Assembly (NCBI GenBank): GCA_032718475.1 | Contig: JAUCBJ010004440.1 | Span: forward strand, 55,527-119,526 | Source of the DNA: Nemertoderma westbladi | Taxonomy: Eukaryota; Animalia; Xenacoelomorpha | Length of the DNA stretch: 64,000 bases | Direction of reading: 5' to 3' | In this document: positions 38,075-52,199 of the stretch, piece by piece | Layout: each line of letters begins with the position of its first letter | Numbering within the stretch: position 1 is the stretch's first letter | Made by a program: the position numbers and the translations under genes | Notes under the pieces: generated by a model | What the model saw: only the letters and a program-made list of their open reading frames with translations | What the model was told of the DNA's origin: nothing | The model's database searches: none

Positions 38075-38920
38075 TAATGAGATATATCCAGGAAGTTAAC
38101 TGCTAGGCCTACAGTTCTTTGTCCTCACGGTTCAACGGTCGGGCCTGTGTCGGATCGAGGAGTCAGCAGCGGGCAGAGTGCGCAAGCACTAGGGCTGGTT
38201 GGTTAGGCCAATTTTGCTAGCATACCCGCGCGCCAACAAGCCCCACCGTGGTGGGTATAGGCTGGCAGAGCAAGCGCTGGAAGCACTGAGACAAGATAGT
38301 GTGCCAAGGGCTGCCATCTACAAGGCTGTGTTACTGACTGAACTAAAATAAAATAAGGCAATCGCTCCCTTTTTATTAACGTTGGCCGGGTCAGATGGGA
38401 GGTGCTCAGTTGACCCCTAATTATCACTTGCTGGAGGTCTGGAGTGTTCCTCCAGCAAGTATTCCTAATATTGAAAATATGATGTCAGTGGTTATGGGTG
38501 AATATTGGGCGGAAAGAACGTATGGAATGAATTGATAATATGGCAACTAATTTAATATCACAAAGGAACGTATTTTTAGGGGTCTGCCCACGAAAAATCT
38601 ATTACATAATTAGTTATATTGCACCATATTGGTAAGATCGCAAGAGCATCATAAATCCTAAGATCAATTCTTTTCCTTTGGCGAAATTGATGTAAAGTCA
38701 TTGTTGTAGGCTGTCTATATTTCAATTTCAGAGCATAAACAACCACCTTTAAAGTTGAGACGGAGTGGTGGGGAGAGTGGTGGGGGGTGGGGGGGGGGGG
38801 GGGGGGGGGGTTCTGGACGCTAATCCTATTTAGGCGAATAAATATCTCGTCTCAATCTAAAATTATCAGTTAAGGGAAAGGAGCACTACTAGTATCGGCA
38901 TGCTGCATTGCAGCTGCATT

Positions 38921-41920
38921 TTAAGAATGCTGTGCCGGCTTGTCGACAAAATTGCGCCGCCACAACTCCCTATCACCCATGACATTTGCTAGATCATCTG
39001 CATCTTCAAGGCCAGTGTCTTTTAAGATGCGTCTCAAGAAAGTCATGGGCTGTCCACCATGCTTATTCACTCCATGAGGCTGCCAAAGTACAAGATTATG
39101 CACTGGCTGGTCCTCACGGCGAAAGCAATGTCCTGCAAAGCGGAGGCGATTTTGTTCTAGTGTCAAGCTTGGGGGAACCAATGAGACACCTCCAATGTTA
39201 TATAGTGTCTGGTTGGAGGTGTGTGCATTGTAATTGACACAATGAACCCGGCGTAGCATTCTTGTGAATGTGCCATCCAGAGATTTGGTGTCCTCAGCAG
39301 TTAGAGCCCAGCATGGACTCCCATAGAGGAGTACTGGAACTACTGCTGCTCTAAATAATCGGACCTTAAGTTTCCGATTAATTCTCGGTGACTTCCAAAT
39401 CCCAGAATGCCTATTCAAGCCTGCCCATGCCTTTCCCTTACGTATTCGAAGGTCCTCACCTGACTTCCGGATCCATGATCCCAGGTAACAGAAGTCGTCC
39501 ACATGCTCAAGCATGCCATCCTTTGAGCTTATGCTCATCCGATCAGAGACTTGCTGAGAACTTTCAAAGTTAACTGTCAAAATTGTGGTCTTTCTGGAGT
39601 TAATAAAAAGACCAACACTAGAAGCAGCATGTTCTAATGAGCTGAGGAGCCGTTGGGCTCCCTCTAGTGATTCTGAGAGTACAATGCAAAGTCAGCAAAG
39701 TCTAGATCAGTTAGGTCCTTGGCAGGATTTCCTCGACTTGTGGAGCCAGTAGGTGGAGTTATCATCACCCCATCATCATTATGATGATCTAAGGACATGC
39801 GTAGAACATAGTCAACCACAATTATGAACAAGAATGGAGCAAGTGTGTCTCCCTGGAGGACGCCCCATAACACTTCAAATGGTTCTGTGTCACCATCAAC
39901 AGTAGACACAAATGTTGTCGAACCATCGTATATTGATCTGATTGCTGCAATAATTTCATCAGGAATCCCATATAATGAAAGTATGCTGAACATACGTGAG
40001 CGGGAGACTGAATCAAAGGCCTTGAAGAAGTCAACAAAGATAACAGCCAGCCTGTCTTTCTTTTTTGATAACTCTTCAATTATCCTTCTAAGTGCCAAAA
40101 TGGGTTCCATGGTCGCACGACCTTTACGGAACCCATTCTGATTTCCACGGAGCAGTCTCTCAATGGGATCCCTGATGCGATTTAATAGAATTCTATTGTA
40201 TAGCTTTGCAGCAATCGAGATCAATGAGATTCCCCGAAAAGAACCATAGAGTGTTAGGTTGCCCTTCTTGGGAACTGCCACCAACTTATTTGTTTTCATT
40301 TCTTGAGGGACTCTTGTTGTTCGGTACATGTCTACTATGATGGGATAGATGAGCTTTAAACACTCAGTTATTTTAAAGACCTCAGGGGGAACACCATCAA
40401 CTCCACTGGCACGATTGGTCTTAATGCTCTTTGCAGCAGCCTTCACTTCTGCAAAGGAGATATCGCCAATGGGAATATCTGGGAGTACAGACTCAGACAC
40501 TTTTACTTCTATAAAGTTATCAGGCAATACCCTGTCATTATTGAGGAGCTTTTCAAAGTGGGCCTTCCAACCATTGAAGCGATCGGCTGGTGATTCAGCC
40601 TTAACCTTGGTGGTTGGTTGGCTTTTCCGCCCAGTAAGCAAGTTGATCGATTTCCATACCTGGGATGATTGCCTGCTGTCGTCGGCATCATTGATGGCAT
40701 CAACCTGTTGGTTTATTAGCTCCTGTAGATTAACAGAGTACTGCCTGTTCAGGGACCTAGATGCAGCCTTAACTGCATTCTTGGCCGCTGTAGTCTGTTT
40801 GAATCGGGACTCTTTCTGCGCCTTATATAGTTCATTTCGGCACTTCTGGATTTTGTTGTCAGTCCAGGGGGCCCTTTTCCTGTTTCGAGGGTATACAGGA
40901 ACTGTTTCTGCAGCTGCTAACTTAACTGCTTCTGTGAAGGCAGTATAGCCCTCACAGTGATCTGCCGCCTCAGAGGCAAGAACCTCATACCTGTTGCTCA
41001 GCTGTAGTGTGAAGCTGGATCTTACACTTGGCTGTTGGAACAGAGAGGACCAGTCATGCCGCGGCAAGGCAGATTTCGTTGTTCTGCTAGCACGCAGACT
41101 AAGTCTTACCTTGGCCACAATAAGGCGGTGATCACTGGAGAAGGGTCGAAGTGTAAAATGCATTACAGTCTTGTATAGAGCTCCTGTACTTCCTACGAAA
41201 CAGAATATGGTTTTTCTGAGACTTGTGACCACTGGGTCCACTATGAGTCCATAGCTTTCCAGTTCGCTTCTTGAACTGGGTTCCAGCCGAAAACAATCCA
41301 TTTCCAGAGATAAAATCCTGAAGATGGACGGAATTTCGGTTGACACTATTGCTATAGACCCAGGGCGATGTAGGTGATTGATGCAGACTTGCTTTAAAGT
41401 CTCCCAGGAATGTTAAGAATGCATGCTGATCCACTCCATCAGTAGCTGCTTGTAGATTGTGGTAGAAATTTTCCACCTCCTCTACAGGGGCAACACTAGT
41501 TGGAGAGTAGCACACAATCAGAACCACCTTAGGAAACTTCTTAGCCAGTCTTCCAGAACATGAGAAGTGGCAACGGATGATGGATGATTTGGTCTATTTT
41601 GTCCAATGCTGCATGTGTAGTTGGATTCATCAATAGACCAATACCACCATTGCCACTATCATCTGCTGACGCGAGGGCGAGTCGCCAACCGCCCCCCATG
41701 TCCTTTATCAGAACCTCATCAGTCTGTCCAGTCTGCATTCGGTGCTCTTGAACACCCACTGCGCTAAGAGAAAGCTTATCTGCCAAGGCAGTCAGCTCAC
41801 CTTGTCGCATTGGGGACCCGAGTGTTAGGGTGTTTACTGAGGCTAGTCTAGTGACTTGCCTCAGATTCACCAAAGGCTTTGTTGGTCGGGGTGGAACATG
41901 AGAGTAGCCTCCAACTCCAG
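38921..41920 (-). mobile_element. Near full-length RTE-clade LINE (AP endonuclease plus RT), frameshifted
   Basis: SVNTLTL..VGVQEHR, VCYSPT, LGDF and SDHR (APE); PKKGNL..FRGISLISIAAKLYNRIL, VDFFKAFDSV and QGDTLAPFLF (RT); split into four ORFs. Confidence 0.92.
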
Positions 41921-42842
41921 ACGGGAAAGGAGCAGGTTACAGTAGCACGTTATTCTACCAAAAAACAATAAAGAAAAGTAAATAGAAAAAGTTTAAATTC
42001 GATTTTCCCCTGGGGAGGTACTGTATGAATACCCCCCCCCCCCCCCCCCCCCCCCCCCAACCAATCTTATATAACAAAGTGCCAGTTTAATCAATGAGGC
42101 TAAGCCCTTTGTTTAATTATCTGGCAGGTGTTAAATATTTATAAGGAAACCTCCACTTCATCCTTGACATATTTTTGCGTTGCTTAGCAATACTAAATAT
42201 AGTTTTGATGTTTCTTCTCATGAGTAGAGATGCCTTACAGTACCTACTGTATGTGATATAACTTACTGTAATTATTGCCATTCCTATAATTAATTATTAT
42301 TACTTTCATTTTTATCTCTAAAAAATAATTTTAATTAAAAATTATATTTTAAAATTCGCACATTGTTAGGATAAAACCTACTAATAAAAACCCGCACAAC
42401 TCTGATTAATGAGTTTTCACCATAAAGTTACAAATAAGATACTGTACAAAACGGAGTAATGTATACCGTGAAATCAATAATAGATTTGGCAGACAGTATA
42501 GTCGTGCGATTGGTCAATTCAAATATATATAATTAATGGTTACCTTAATAGTTGTTAAATGGTTAAATAGTTGCCTAGTTGCCTAACAAGCATTTATATC
42601 TCAAATTATATTAGCCAGAGGGTGTAGATTTATTACATACAGTAATAAATTGTAGATAATATGTGTCTGATTTTCTGTCTAAAAAAATAAAAAGTAATCA
42701 ATTTCGATTAAGGCTTATGTTATCTGCTTATGTTATGCTTATTATTATCAATAATTATTTATATGCCATACTGCCATATGGCAGAAATTATTTTGTTAGA
42801 TATTCAATTCACTAATAACTACTTTATTTACGTAAGAAAACA

Positions 42843-45800
42843 TACCGTGTAGGCCCACCCATTACTACCCTGTAGGCCCACCCATTACTACCGTGTAGGC
42901 CCACCCATCACTACCGTGTATTCCTACCCATTAATACCGTGTAGGCCCACCCATTACTACCGTGTAGGCCCACCCATTACTACCGTGTAGGCCCACCCAT
43001 TATTACCGTGTAGGCCCACCCATTACTACCGTGGAGGCCCACCCATTAATACCGTATAGGCCCACCCATTACTACCGTGTAGGCCCACCCATTACTACCA
43101 TGTAGGCCCACCCATTACTACCGTGTAGGCCCACCCATTATTACCGTGTAGGCCCACCCATTACTACCGTGGAGGCCCACCCATTAATACCGTATAGGCC
43201 CACCCATTACTACCGTGTAGGCCCACCCATTACTACCGTGGAGGCCCACCCATTAATACAGTATAGGCCCACCCATTACTACCGTGTAGGCCCACCCAAT
43301 AATACCGTGTAGGCCCACCTAAGACTACCGTGTATTCCCACCCATTAATACCGTGTAGGCCCACCCATTACTACCGTGTAGGCCCACCCATTACTACCGT
43401 GTAGGCCCACACATTAATGCCGTGTAGGCCCACCCAAGACTACCGTGTATGCCCACCCATTACTACCGTGTAGGCCCACCCATGACTACCGTGTAGGCCC
43501 ACCCATTACTACCATGTAGGCCCACACATTAATGCCGTGTAGGCCCACCCAAGACTACCGTGTATGCCCACCCATTACTACCGTGTAGGCCCACCCATGA
43601 CTACCGTGTAGGCCCACCCATTAATACCGTATAGGCCCACCCATTACTACCGTGTAGGCCCACCCATTAATACCGTGTAGGCCCACCCATTATTACCGTG
43701 TAGGCCCACCCAAGACTACCGTGTAGGCCCACCCATTACTACCGTGTAGGCCCACCCATTACTACCGTGTAGGCCCACCCATTAATACCGTATAGGCCCA
43801 CCCATTAATACCGTATAGGCCCACCCATTAATACCGTATAGGCCCACCCATTAATACCGTATAGGCCCACCCATTAATACCGTGTAGGCCCACCCATTAT
43901 TACCGTGTAGGCCCACCCAAGACTACCGTGTAGGCCCACCCATTAATACCGTATAGGCCCACCCATTACTACCGTGTAGGCCCACCCATTAATACCGTAT
44001 AGGCCCACCCATTACTACCGTGTAGGCCCACCCATTAATGCCGTGTCGGCCCACCCAAGACTACCGTGTATGCCCACCCATTAATACCGTATAGGCCCAC
44101 CCATGACTACCGTGTAGGCCCACCCATTAATACCGTATAGGCCCACCCATTACTGCCGTGTAGGCCCACCCATTAATACCGTATAGGCCCACCCATTACT
44201 ACCGTGTAGGCCCACCCATTAATACCGTGTAGGCCCACCCATTATTACCGTGTAGGCCCACCCAAGACTACCGTGTAGGCCCACCCATTAATACCGTATA
44301 GGCCCACCCATTACTACCGTGTAGGCCCACCCATTAATACCGTGTAGGCCCACCCATTAATACCGTGTAGTCCCACCCATTATTACCGTGTAGGGCCACC
44401 CATTAATACCGTATAGGCCCACCCATTACTACCGTGTAGTCCCACCCATTACTACCGTGTAGGCCCACCCATTACTACCGTGTAGGCCCACCCATTACTA
44501 CCGTGTAGGCCCACCTAAGACTGCCGTGTAGGCCCACCTAAGACTACCGTGTAGGCCCACCTAAGACTGCCGTGTAGGCCCACCCATTAATACCGTGTAG
44601 GCCCACCCATTAATACCGTGTAGTCCCACCCATTAATACCGTATAGGCCCACCCATTAATACCGTATAGGCCCACCCATTACTACCGTGTAGGCCCACCC
44701 AAGACTACCGTGTAGGCCCACCCATTACTACCGTGTAGGCCCACCCATTACTACCGTGTAGGCCCCCCATTAATACCGTATAGGCCCACCCATTACTACC
44801 GTGTAGGCCCACCCATTAATACCGTATAGGCACACCCATTAATACCGTGTAGGCCCACCCATTAATACCGTGTAGGCCCACCCATTACTACCGTGTAGTC
44901 CCACCCATTACTACCGTGTAGGCCCACCCATTAATACCGTGTAGTCCCACCCATTATTACCGTGTAGACCCACCCAAGACTACCGTGTATTCCCACCCAT
45001 TACTACCGTGTAGGCCCACCCATTAATACCGTGTAGGCCCACCCATTTATACCGTATAGGCCCACACATTACTACCGCGTAGGCCCACCCATTAATACCG
45101 TATAGGCCCACCCATTAATACCGTATCGGCCCACCCATTATTACCGTGTAGGCCCACCCAAGACTACCGTGTAGGCCCAACCATTAATGCCGCTTAGGCC
45201 CACCCATTACTACCATGTAGGCCCACCCATGACTACCGTGTAGGCCCACCCATGACTACCATGTAGGCCCACCCATAACTACCGTGTAGGCCCACCCATT
45301 ACTACCGTGTAGGCCCACCTATGACTACCGTGTAGGCCCACCCATTACTACCGTGTAGGCCCACCCATGACTACCATGTAGGGTAGGCCCACCCATAACT
45401 ACCGTGTAGGCCCACCCATTACTACCGTGTTGGCCCACCCATTACTACCGTGTAGGCCCACCTATGACTACCGTGTAGGCCCACCCATTACTACCGTGTA
45501 GGCCCACCCATGGCTACCGTGTAGGCCCACCCATGACTACCATGTAGGGTAGGCCCACCCATAACTACCGTGTAGGCCCACCCATTACTACCGTGTTGGC
45601 CCACCCACTACTACCGTGTAGGCCCACCTATGACTACCGTGTAGGCCCACCCATTACTACCGTGTAGGCCCACCCATGATTACCGTGTAGGCCCACCTTC
45701 GACTACGGTGTAGGCCCACCTAAGACTGCCGTGTAGGCCCACCCATTACTACCGTGTAGGCCCACCCATTACTACTTTGTAGGCCCACACATTACTACCG

Positions 45801-48800
45801 TGTAGGCCCACCTATGATTACCGTGTAGGCCCACCTATGACTACCTAGTAGGCCCACCCATTACTACCGTGTAGGCCCACCCATTACTACTTTGTAGGCC
45901 CACCAATGACTACCGTGTAGGCCCACCTATGACTACCGTGTAGGCCCACCCATGAATACCGTGTAGGCCCACCCATTATTACCGTGTAGGCCCACCCATT
46001 ACTACCGTGTAGGCCCACCCCCCTGTTGAAAATTCATAGTACATTTCCTAAGATTTGCAAGTTCCTTGCTATCAGTTTATTACACTTGTCAAAATATGTT
46101 TAGTAACAAAAATTTGGTAAACTTAATAGAGCATGTAAGTTATTTCTTTAGTTTTAATAAATATTGCAAGTGTTACTTTGCTCTCTTATATTTTGCAGGT
46201 ACTTGCCATGTTCCTGCAAAGTATTGCATATATGCAGATGTAGGCTTACTGCAGTACTGTTAGTTGTTGGGCAAGCTTGTACTTGCCTGAGTCTAGGCAT
46301 AACAATGTCACTGTATTACATACAACAGTTCAGTAGTTTCAGTGGGGCCTGCCAGTTGTCAGGTCTGAATGCAGCTATCCCAGGTAGCCCATGACGACCA
46401 CGAAAGAAATTAAACGTTCATATTTGGTACTTTTTTCCTGCGAATCTGAATCCGAATCTGAATCTTTAATATAGGTAAAAAATGCTGACGTTGTAATTTA
46501 ACGTCATAACTGGATCAAAATTGAATAAGAACCAAAACAAACGAATATTTAGCATTCCTATTACATTATTCAGTTTTGCGTTCATTTTTGGTGATTTAAT
46601 GAGTGATTCCTCTGCTTACCAAAGCTGCTATGTTGGAAAGAAATAAGATAAGAAAATAATGAAGAAAGAAAGCCGAAAAATTTTGTTTTGTTTAAACCAA
46701 ATACTATTAAATTATGTTGAGATAAAGCAGATATATATGCGTTGGAATGTTCAAGCTATTAATATCGCAAGATAGATTTTTTTAATCGCAAAACATTATT
46801 TTTAAATTTTACAGTTTTCTTATGCTTCAATTGCTTTTGTGTATTATTTATATTTTTGAATAGATATAAAATGTCAAATGACCTATTACAAGGTCTTAAC
46901 GTGAATAAATTGTCGTAGATTTATCAATATGAATATTCTATTTAGTCTGAAAATAAGATAAATTATATTAATCTAACTAATCGTTTAAGAATATGTGGGG
47001 CATCACCAAAATATATCAAGGATACTCTCATATCACTATGGATTAAATATTTTCATATATACTCTGCTGTTTCCTGTTCTAAATGTATAGGGTATTGTAG
47101 GTGTAGGCCTGTAGAATGTAGGGTGTAGGGATTAGGGATTGGATAAGGTACCCCCCCCCCCCCTCCCATCTACACAGAACATGCACAGACAGTGCAGTGA
47201 TTGGTCAGTCTCACGTTTGAGTTATATATTATAATTTACAGTGATAAATTTATAATTACTTTCTATTTACATGACATACCGTTTACAATTACCAAGTGCC
47301 TAATTAAAACTTTACATTCATAGAAAGATTTGGCTTATTAAGTGATATACTTTACATATCTTGGCAAGTACTTGTTAAGAAGATAGCAAGTAGACTTTAC
47401 AAGTACTTAGTATGTGTAGCAGGGATTTTCAACAGGGCCATTAATACCGTGTAGGCGTCCACCCATTAATACCATGTAGGCCCACCCTTTACTACCATGT
47501 AGGCCCACCCATAACTACCGTGTCTGTAGGCCCACCCATTACTACCATGTAGGCCCACCCATGACTACCGTGTAGGCCCACCGATGACTACCGTGTAGGC
47601 CCACCTATGACTACCGTGTAGGCCCACCTATGACTACCGTGTAGACCCACCTATGACTACCGTGTAGGCCTACCGATGACTACCGTGTAGGCCCAACGAT
47701 GACTACCGTGTAGGCCCACCTATGACTACCGTGTAGGCTCACCTATGACTACCGTGTAGGCGCACCCATTACTACCATGTAGGCTCATCCATAACTACCG
47801 TGTAGGCCCACCCATTACTACAATGTAGGCCCACCCATTACTACCGTGTAGGCCCGCCCACCCATTAATACCGTGTAGGCCCACCCCCACCCATGACTAC
47901 CGTGTAGATCCACGCATGACTAACGTGTAGGCCCACCGATGACTACCTTGTAGGCCCACCTATGACTACCGTGTAGGCCCACCTATGACTACCGTGTAGG
48001 CCCACCTATGACTACCGTGTAGGTCCACATATGACTACCGTGTAGGCCCACCGATGACTACCATGTAGGCCCACCCATTACTACCGTGTAGGCCCACCCA
48101 TTACTACCGTGTAGGCCCACCCAGTACTACCGTGTAGGCCCACCCAGTACTACTTTGTAGGCACACCCATGACTATCGTGTAGGCCCACCTATGACTACC
48201 GTGTAGGCCCACCAATTTCTACCGTGTAGGCCCACCCATTACTACCGTGTAGATCCACGCATGACTAACGTGTAGGCCCACCGATGACTACCTTGTAGGC
48301 CCACATATGACTACCGTGTAGGCCCACCGATGACTACCATGTAGGCCCACCCATTACTACCGTGTAGGCCCACCCAGTACTACTTTGTAGGCCCACCCAT
48401 GACTATCGTGTAGGCCCACCTATGACTACCGTGTAGGCCCACCAATTTCTACCGTGTAGGCCCACCCATTACTACCGTGTAGGCCCACCCATAACTACCG
48501 TGTAGACCCACCCATTACTACCGTGTAGGCCAACCCATAACTACCGTGTAGGCCCACCCATGACTACCGTGTAGGCCCACCCATGACTACCATGTAGGCT
48601 CACGCATAACTACCGTGTAGGCCGACCCATTACTACCGTGTTGGCCCACCCATTACTACCGTGTAGGCCCACATATGACTACCGTGTAGGCCCACCCATT
48701 ACTACCGTATAGGCCCACCCATGACTACCGTGTAGGCCCACCTATGACTACCGTGTAGGCTCACCTATGACTACCGTGTTAGCCCACCCATTACTACCGT

Positions 48801-49057
48801 GTAGTCCCACCCATTACTATTTTGTTGGCCCACCCATTACTACCGTGTAGGCCCACCTATGACTACCGTGTAGGCGCACCGATGACTACCGTGTAGGCCC
48901 ACCCATTAATACCGTGTCGGCCCATCCGTTACTATCGTGAAGGCCCACCCATTATTACTTTGTAGGCCCACCAATGACTACCGTGTGGGCCCACCTATAA
49001 CTACCGTGTAGGCCCACCCATTACTACCGTATAGGCCCACCCATTACTACCGTGTAG
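42843..49057. repeat. 23-bp tandem array (about 138 plus about 70 copies) split by a transposon
   Basis: Unit taccgtgtaggcccacccattac at 42843-46020 and 47438-49057. Confidence 0.97.
46021..47437. mobile_element. CACTA/EnSpm-like non-autonomous element inside the 23-bp array
   Basis: TIRs ccctgttgaaaat / attttcaacaggg, 2-bp TSD cc, subterminal caagt/acttg repeats. Confidence 0.8.
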
Positions 49058-49274
49058 ACACACTTGTCACTACCCCATAGGCCTACTTGCGACTTGGACA
49101 AGGTTTTGACTAGAACTGCGGTTCTAATGACGCATAATGCTAATAATAGTACATAATAATTATTAATACTACTGTAATATTTACTTACATTTTTCTGTCG
49201 GTATTTGTATGTATCTGTGAACCTAATTAGTTGATAGAAGTTCGGGTGCACCAATCCTATTTGTGCTCCAAGCC

Positions 49275-49414
49275 ATGGCTCAGACCGAGGTCCTTGGTCC
49301 AGCACACTATTACCGGGAAACGCAGGGTTGTGATTGGCTATCTCCTACCTTTCAGAGTTCAGAAGCTCACAGCCCAGTAAGAACTCCTCAAAGACATACC
49401 GTCAGTCAGAAAAG
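49275..49414 (+). CDS. SPMIP4: SPMIP4/C7orf31-like sperm microtubule inner protein, first coding exon
   Basis: gccATGg start; MAQTEVLGPAHYYRETQGCDWLSPTFQSSEAHSPVRTPQRHTVSQK; donor AG|gtagag (phase 2). Resembles the C7orf31 N-terminus as I recall it. Confidence 0.78.
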
Positions 49415-49779
49415 GTAGAGTACGTTTAAATTGAGTCAATGTTATTATTATACACATGATTGCGTATCACGCGCGCTTGATCTGCACATGCATCAATGTA
49501 ATAGGGAAAATCGACCAAATAACAGCTCTGATTATTCCCGACGAATCAAAATGTAACCTGTTCTATTTAATCATTCTGATTTTGATCATCATGGTGATAA
49601 TTACGGGTCATAGATTATATGCATGACGATGAAAATGTGGTTGCTACATACAATTACTGTATAATTACTAGAAATTATGTCAGCAAAGCAAGCTGACGTG
49701 GTACAATAGGCCGATGAGGATTGTTCATCTTTATTGCCAACCCATTACAGTTCTTATTAGTGACCGTGGTATTATATAT

Positions 49780-50417
49780 ATGGACATATGGTATTAATGG
49801 TGTACCGTATTTTTCACGGCCTTGTTGACCTTACGTTTAGTAACTACTTTTCACGTGCGCCAGTAAAAGGGCTACGTGGACACAGCTATAAACTTCATAT
49901 TCCGTATTGCAGACTACAACTTTGTAAGAACTCTTTTAACTACCGCACTGTTCCATTCTGGAATTCTTTATCGCAAGATATTGTTGATGCTAAAAACCTA
50001 CAAATTTTTTCTCGTAAATTATTAACGTTCGATTTCAAGTCACACTGTTCGGTCGACCATTGGTGCAAATAGCCGTTTAACTTTTTACTTATTTATATTA
50101 TTTTTTAAACTATTTTTTTTAAGGTTTTGTATCCGTTGTGTGATTGTGTTTGTTATTTTTATTTCATTCCTACCTATTTTATTAAGTAATAACCAATGAA
50201 ACTATTTTTATCACAATATTTATCACTATACTATACTGTATGTACACATATATTTACACTTAATTTATCTTCTTTTAAAACATTTAAATCGCCCCTTTAA
50301 GTGCCTCGAGCCTGGGCGGCGATCTCCCTCGAAAAATTGTCGATTGCTTATATTTAGTATTTCTTAATTCTACTGTATTGGTTATACTATATATATTTTA
50401 ATGTATGTTATCGTGTA

Positions 50418-50453
<36 letters not shown>

Positions 50454-50454
50454 A
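49780..50454 (+). mobile_element. CR1-clade LINE 3' end with a (TAAA)n tail, in SPMIP4 intron 1
   Basis: LRGHSYKL..CKNSFNYRTVPFWNSL; TAAA repeats at 50418-50454. Confidence 0.8.
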
Positions 50455-50711
50455 GACCACATTATTATTATGTGCTACAATTACTGAAGATTTGAAAAGT
50501 CTATTTGTATATATTTTTGGATGTAATACAAAAAATTAAACGGTTTTTATTTTAATAATTGGATGAGGGAGTAGGGGGGGGGGGGGGGGGCAATTCAAAT
50601 CGCCTCACTCTGTCCTCTGTCTGATTTTACTCGTCAGCACTTAATGTAAGTTATTTAATTGGATTAACTAAAAGTACTTAATATAATACAGTTATCAAAT
50701 AAATCTTTCAG

Positions 50712-50894
50712 ATTCTCCCAACATCTCGAGACATTGGAGTCGGAGGAACCGCGGTTACCATGGGGACGAGCCCGTAGTTATGGTGGGATTGGTCCTCTCA
50801 ATATTCCTGAGAGTTTGAGGCCCAAATCGGAACCTCCTGTTAGTGTGGAGAAGGGCCATCGACATTTCGGTAGCGGCATCTTCCCATATCCAAG
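50712..50894 (+). CDS. SPMIP4: SPMIP4/C7orf31-like, second coding exon; the gene probably continues beyond the window
   Basis: tctttcag acceptor and AAG|gtgagc donor, in phase with exon 1. PRLPWGRARSYGGIGPLNIPESLRPKSEPPVSVEKGHRHFGSG matches the recalled RLPWG..YGGI.P..LPE..RPK.EPP....KGH.H.G.G. Confidence 0.85.
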
Positions 50895-51039
50895 GTGAGC
50901 TGATATTTATTTAGTTACAATCAAAATTCTTTCAACTACAGTATTTTTAAATTAGTTTAATCAAATTTATTTATATAGAAATATACCGCTATTTATTATT
51001 AGGACTCTAATTTACTGGTATAGGTTTCAAACTCTACAG

Positions 51040-51426
51040 GTCAAATGGGGGTCTACATTAACTGATAGGTTTCATGTAACAAATGGTGTAAAACAAGGCG
51101 GTATTCTAAGTCCGTATTTATTTAATGTGTATATGGATAATTTATCGGATAAACTTATGTGCACTAATGTTGGATGCATGTTTGACGGGTACAGAATTAA
51201 CCATCTAATTTATGCTGACGACATCTGTTTATTATCTAACTCTGCCGTAGGTTTACAATTACTAATAAATACGTGTTTTGATTACAGTATCAGCCACAGT
51301 ATTTTGTTTAACCTAAAGAAATCAAAGATTATGTTTTTCAATCACCGTTCGAGCAACCTAGTTAATATGGCACCTATGTACTTACACGATAGAGTAATTT
51401 CTAGAACCGATAAGTATATTTACTTA
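51040..51426 (+). mobile_element. RTE-X-like RT fragment
   Basis: VTNGVKQGGILSPYLFNVYMDNL..INHLIYADDICLL..FNLKKSK; the frame breaks off abruptly at YIYL. Confidence 0.8.
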
Positions 51427-51830
51427 GAGAATCACAGAAAATTCCGAGCTGGCTCTGATGCTCAGAAAATAGTAAACAAAGACCGTAATGCATTGCGCGA
51501 GTTTCCATAGGTTTATGTTAGACATAAAGTGAAAATTGCTCTGATTGGCTGAATAAGGCAGAACAAAGAACCTCCACGTCCACAAAGAATCAGCTGACAG
51601 ATTTCGTCATCTTGGTTCTAATTCCTTCCCGTCGCGTAGTTGGATAAATTTAGGGCTATTTTAGAGTATTCTGCGCATTGCTTAAAAATGACTTGTTATG
51701 TCCGTAAAAGCTTTTACAACTGCAATTCTATGGATTTCCAACAAAGGAGATGGGGTCGTGGACGAAAATCGTGATCCAGCGGGTGGGATTGGCTGCTATT
51801 GACCGCGGGTTTCTTTCTTGGTGTGACCCT
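51427..51830 (+). mobile_element. Possible DNA transposon end with a decayed THAP-like frame; related sequence near 28840-29110
   Basis: Shared gctctgattgg..gaacaaagaac and ttatgtccg; frame LQFYGFPTKE..LAAIDR. Confidence 0.3.
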
Positions 51831-52118
51831 CGCGCTGTTTAGAGCTCGTAGAATATCATTCGGTGTATACAGACAGTCAGATTAGTATCAAGTCTATAAT
51901 ATATTGTGCCAATCAAATCTATTAATTAGTTTGCATTAATGCGCTAGACCTTTTATTTCTTATGCTTTTATGTATGTATTGTATTGTCAAACCTTTTATT
52001 AAGCCGTTATTTTATAATACTTTACAATGCACCATTGATATAACATTGCCATACCATTTTAATATTAATATTATGATAATAGCGAATGAAAAAAATGTCA
52101 TAGTTATTAAAGTATTTA

Positions 52119-52170
52119 AATTCGAACGTTTCGATTTAATCAATAAATCATCATCAGCGTAGGCTAAATT
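52119..52170 (-). ncRNA. Penelope-type minimal hammerhead ribozyme
   Basis: CG-CUGAUGA-U-GAUUUA(UUGAU)UAAAUC-GAA-ACGU-U/CG: intact core, 6-bp stem II, palindromic stem III, weak stem I. Confidence 0.65.
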
Positions 52171-52199
52171 GGAGAGATACGCCTATTCCTACTATCGGA

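Noticed and set aside
38110-38461. Possible HDV-like ribozyme or RTE 5' UTR (GGGTCA..TGACCC-GG on the minus strand) and a 12-bp hairpin at 38426-38460
   Set aside because: P1 can form, but I could not build P3 or a convincing P2. It may be a repeat fragment; an RNAMotif/Infernal search would be needed.
31820-49057. CRISPR-like appearance of the 36-bp and 23-bp arrays
   Set aside because: Head-to-tail units with no unique spacers, no cas genes, and a eukaryotic context.
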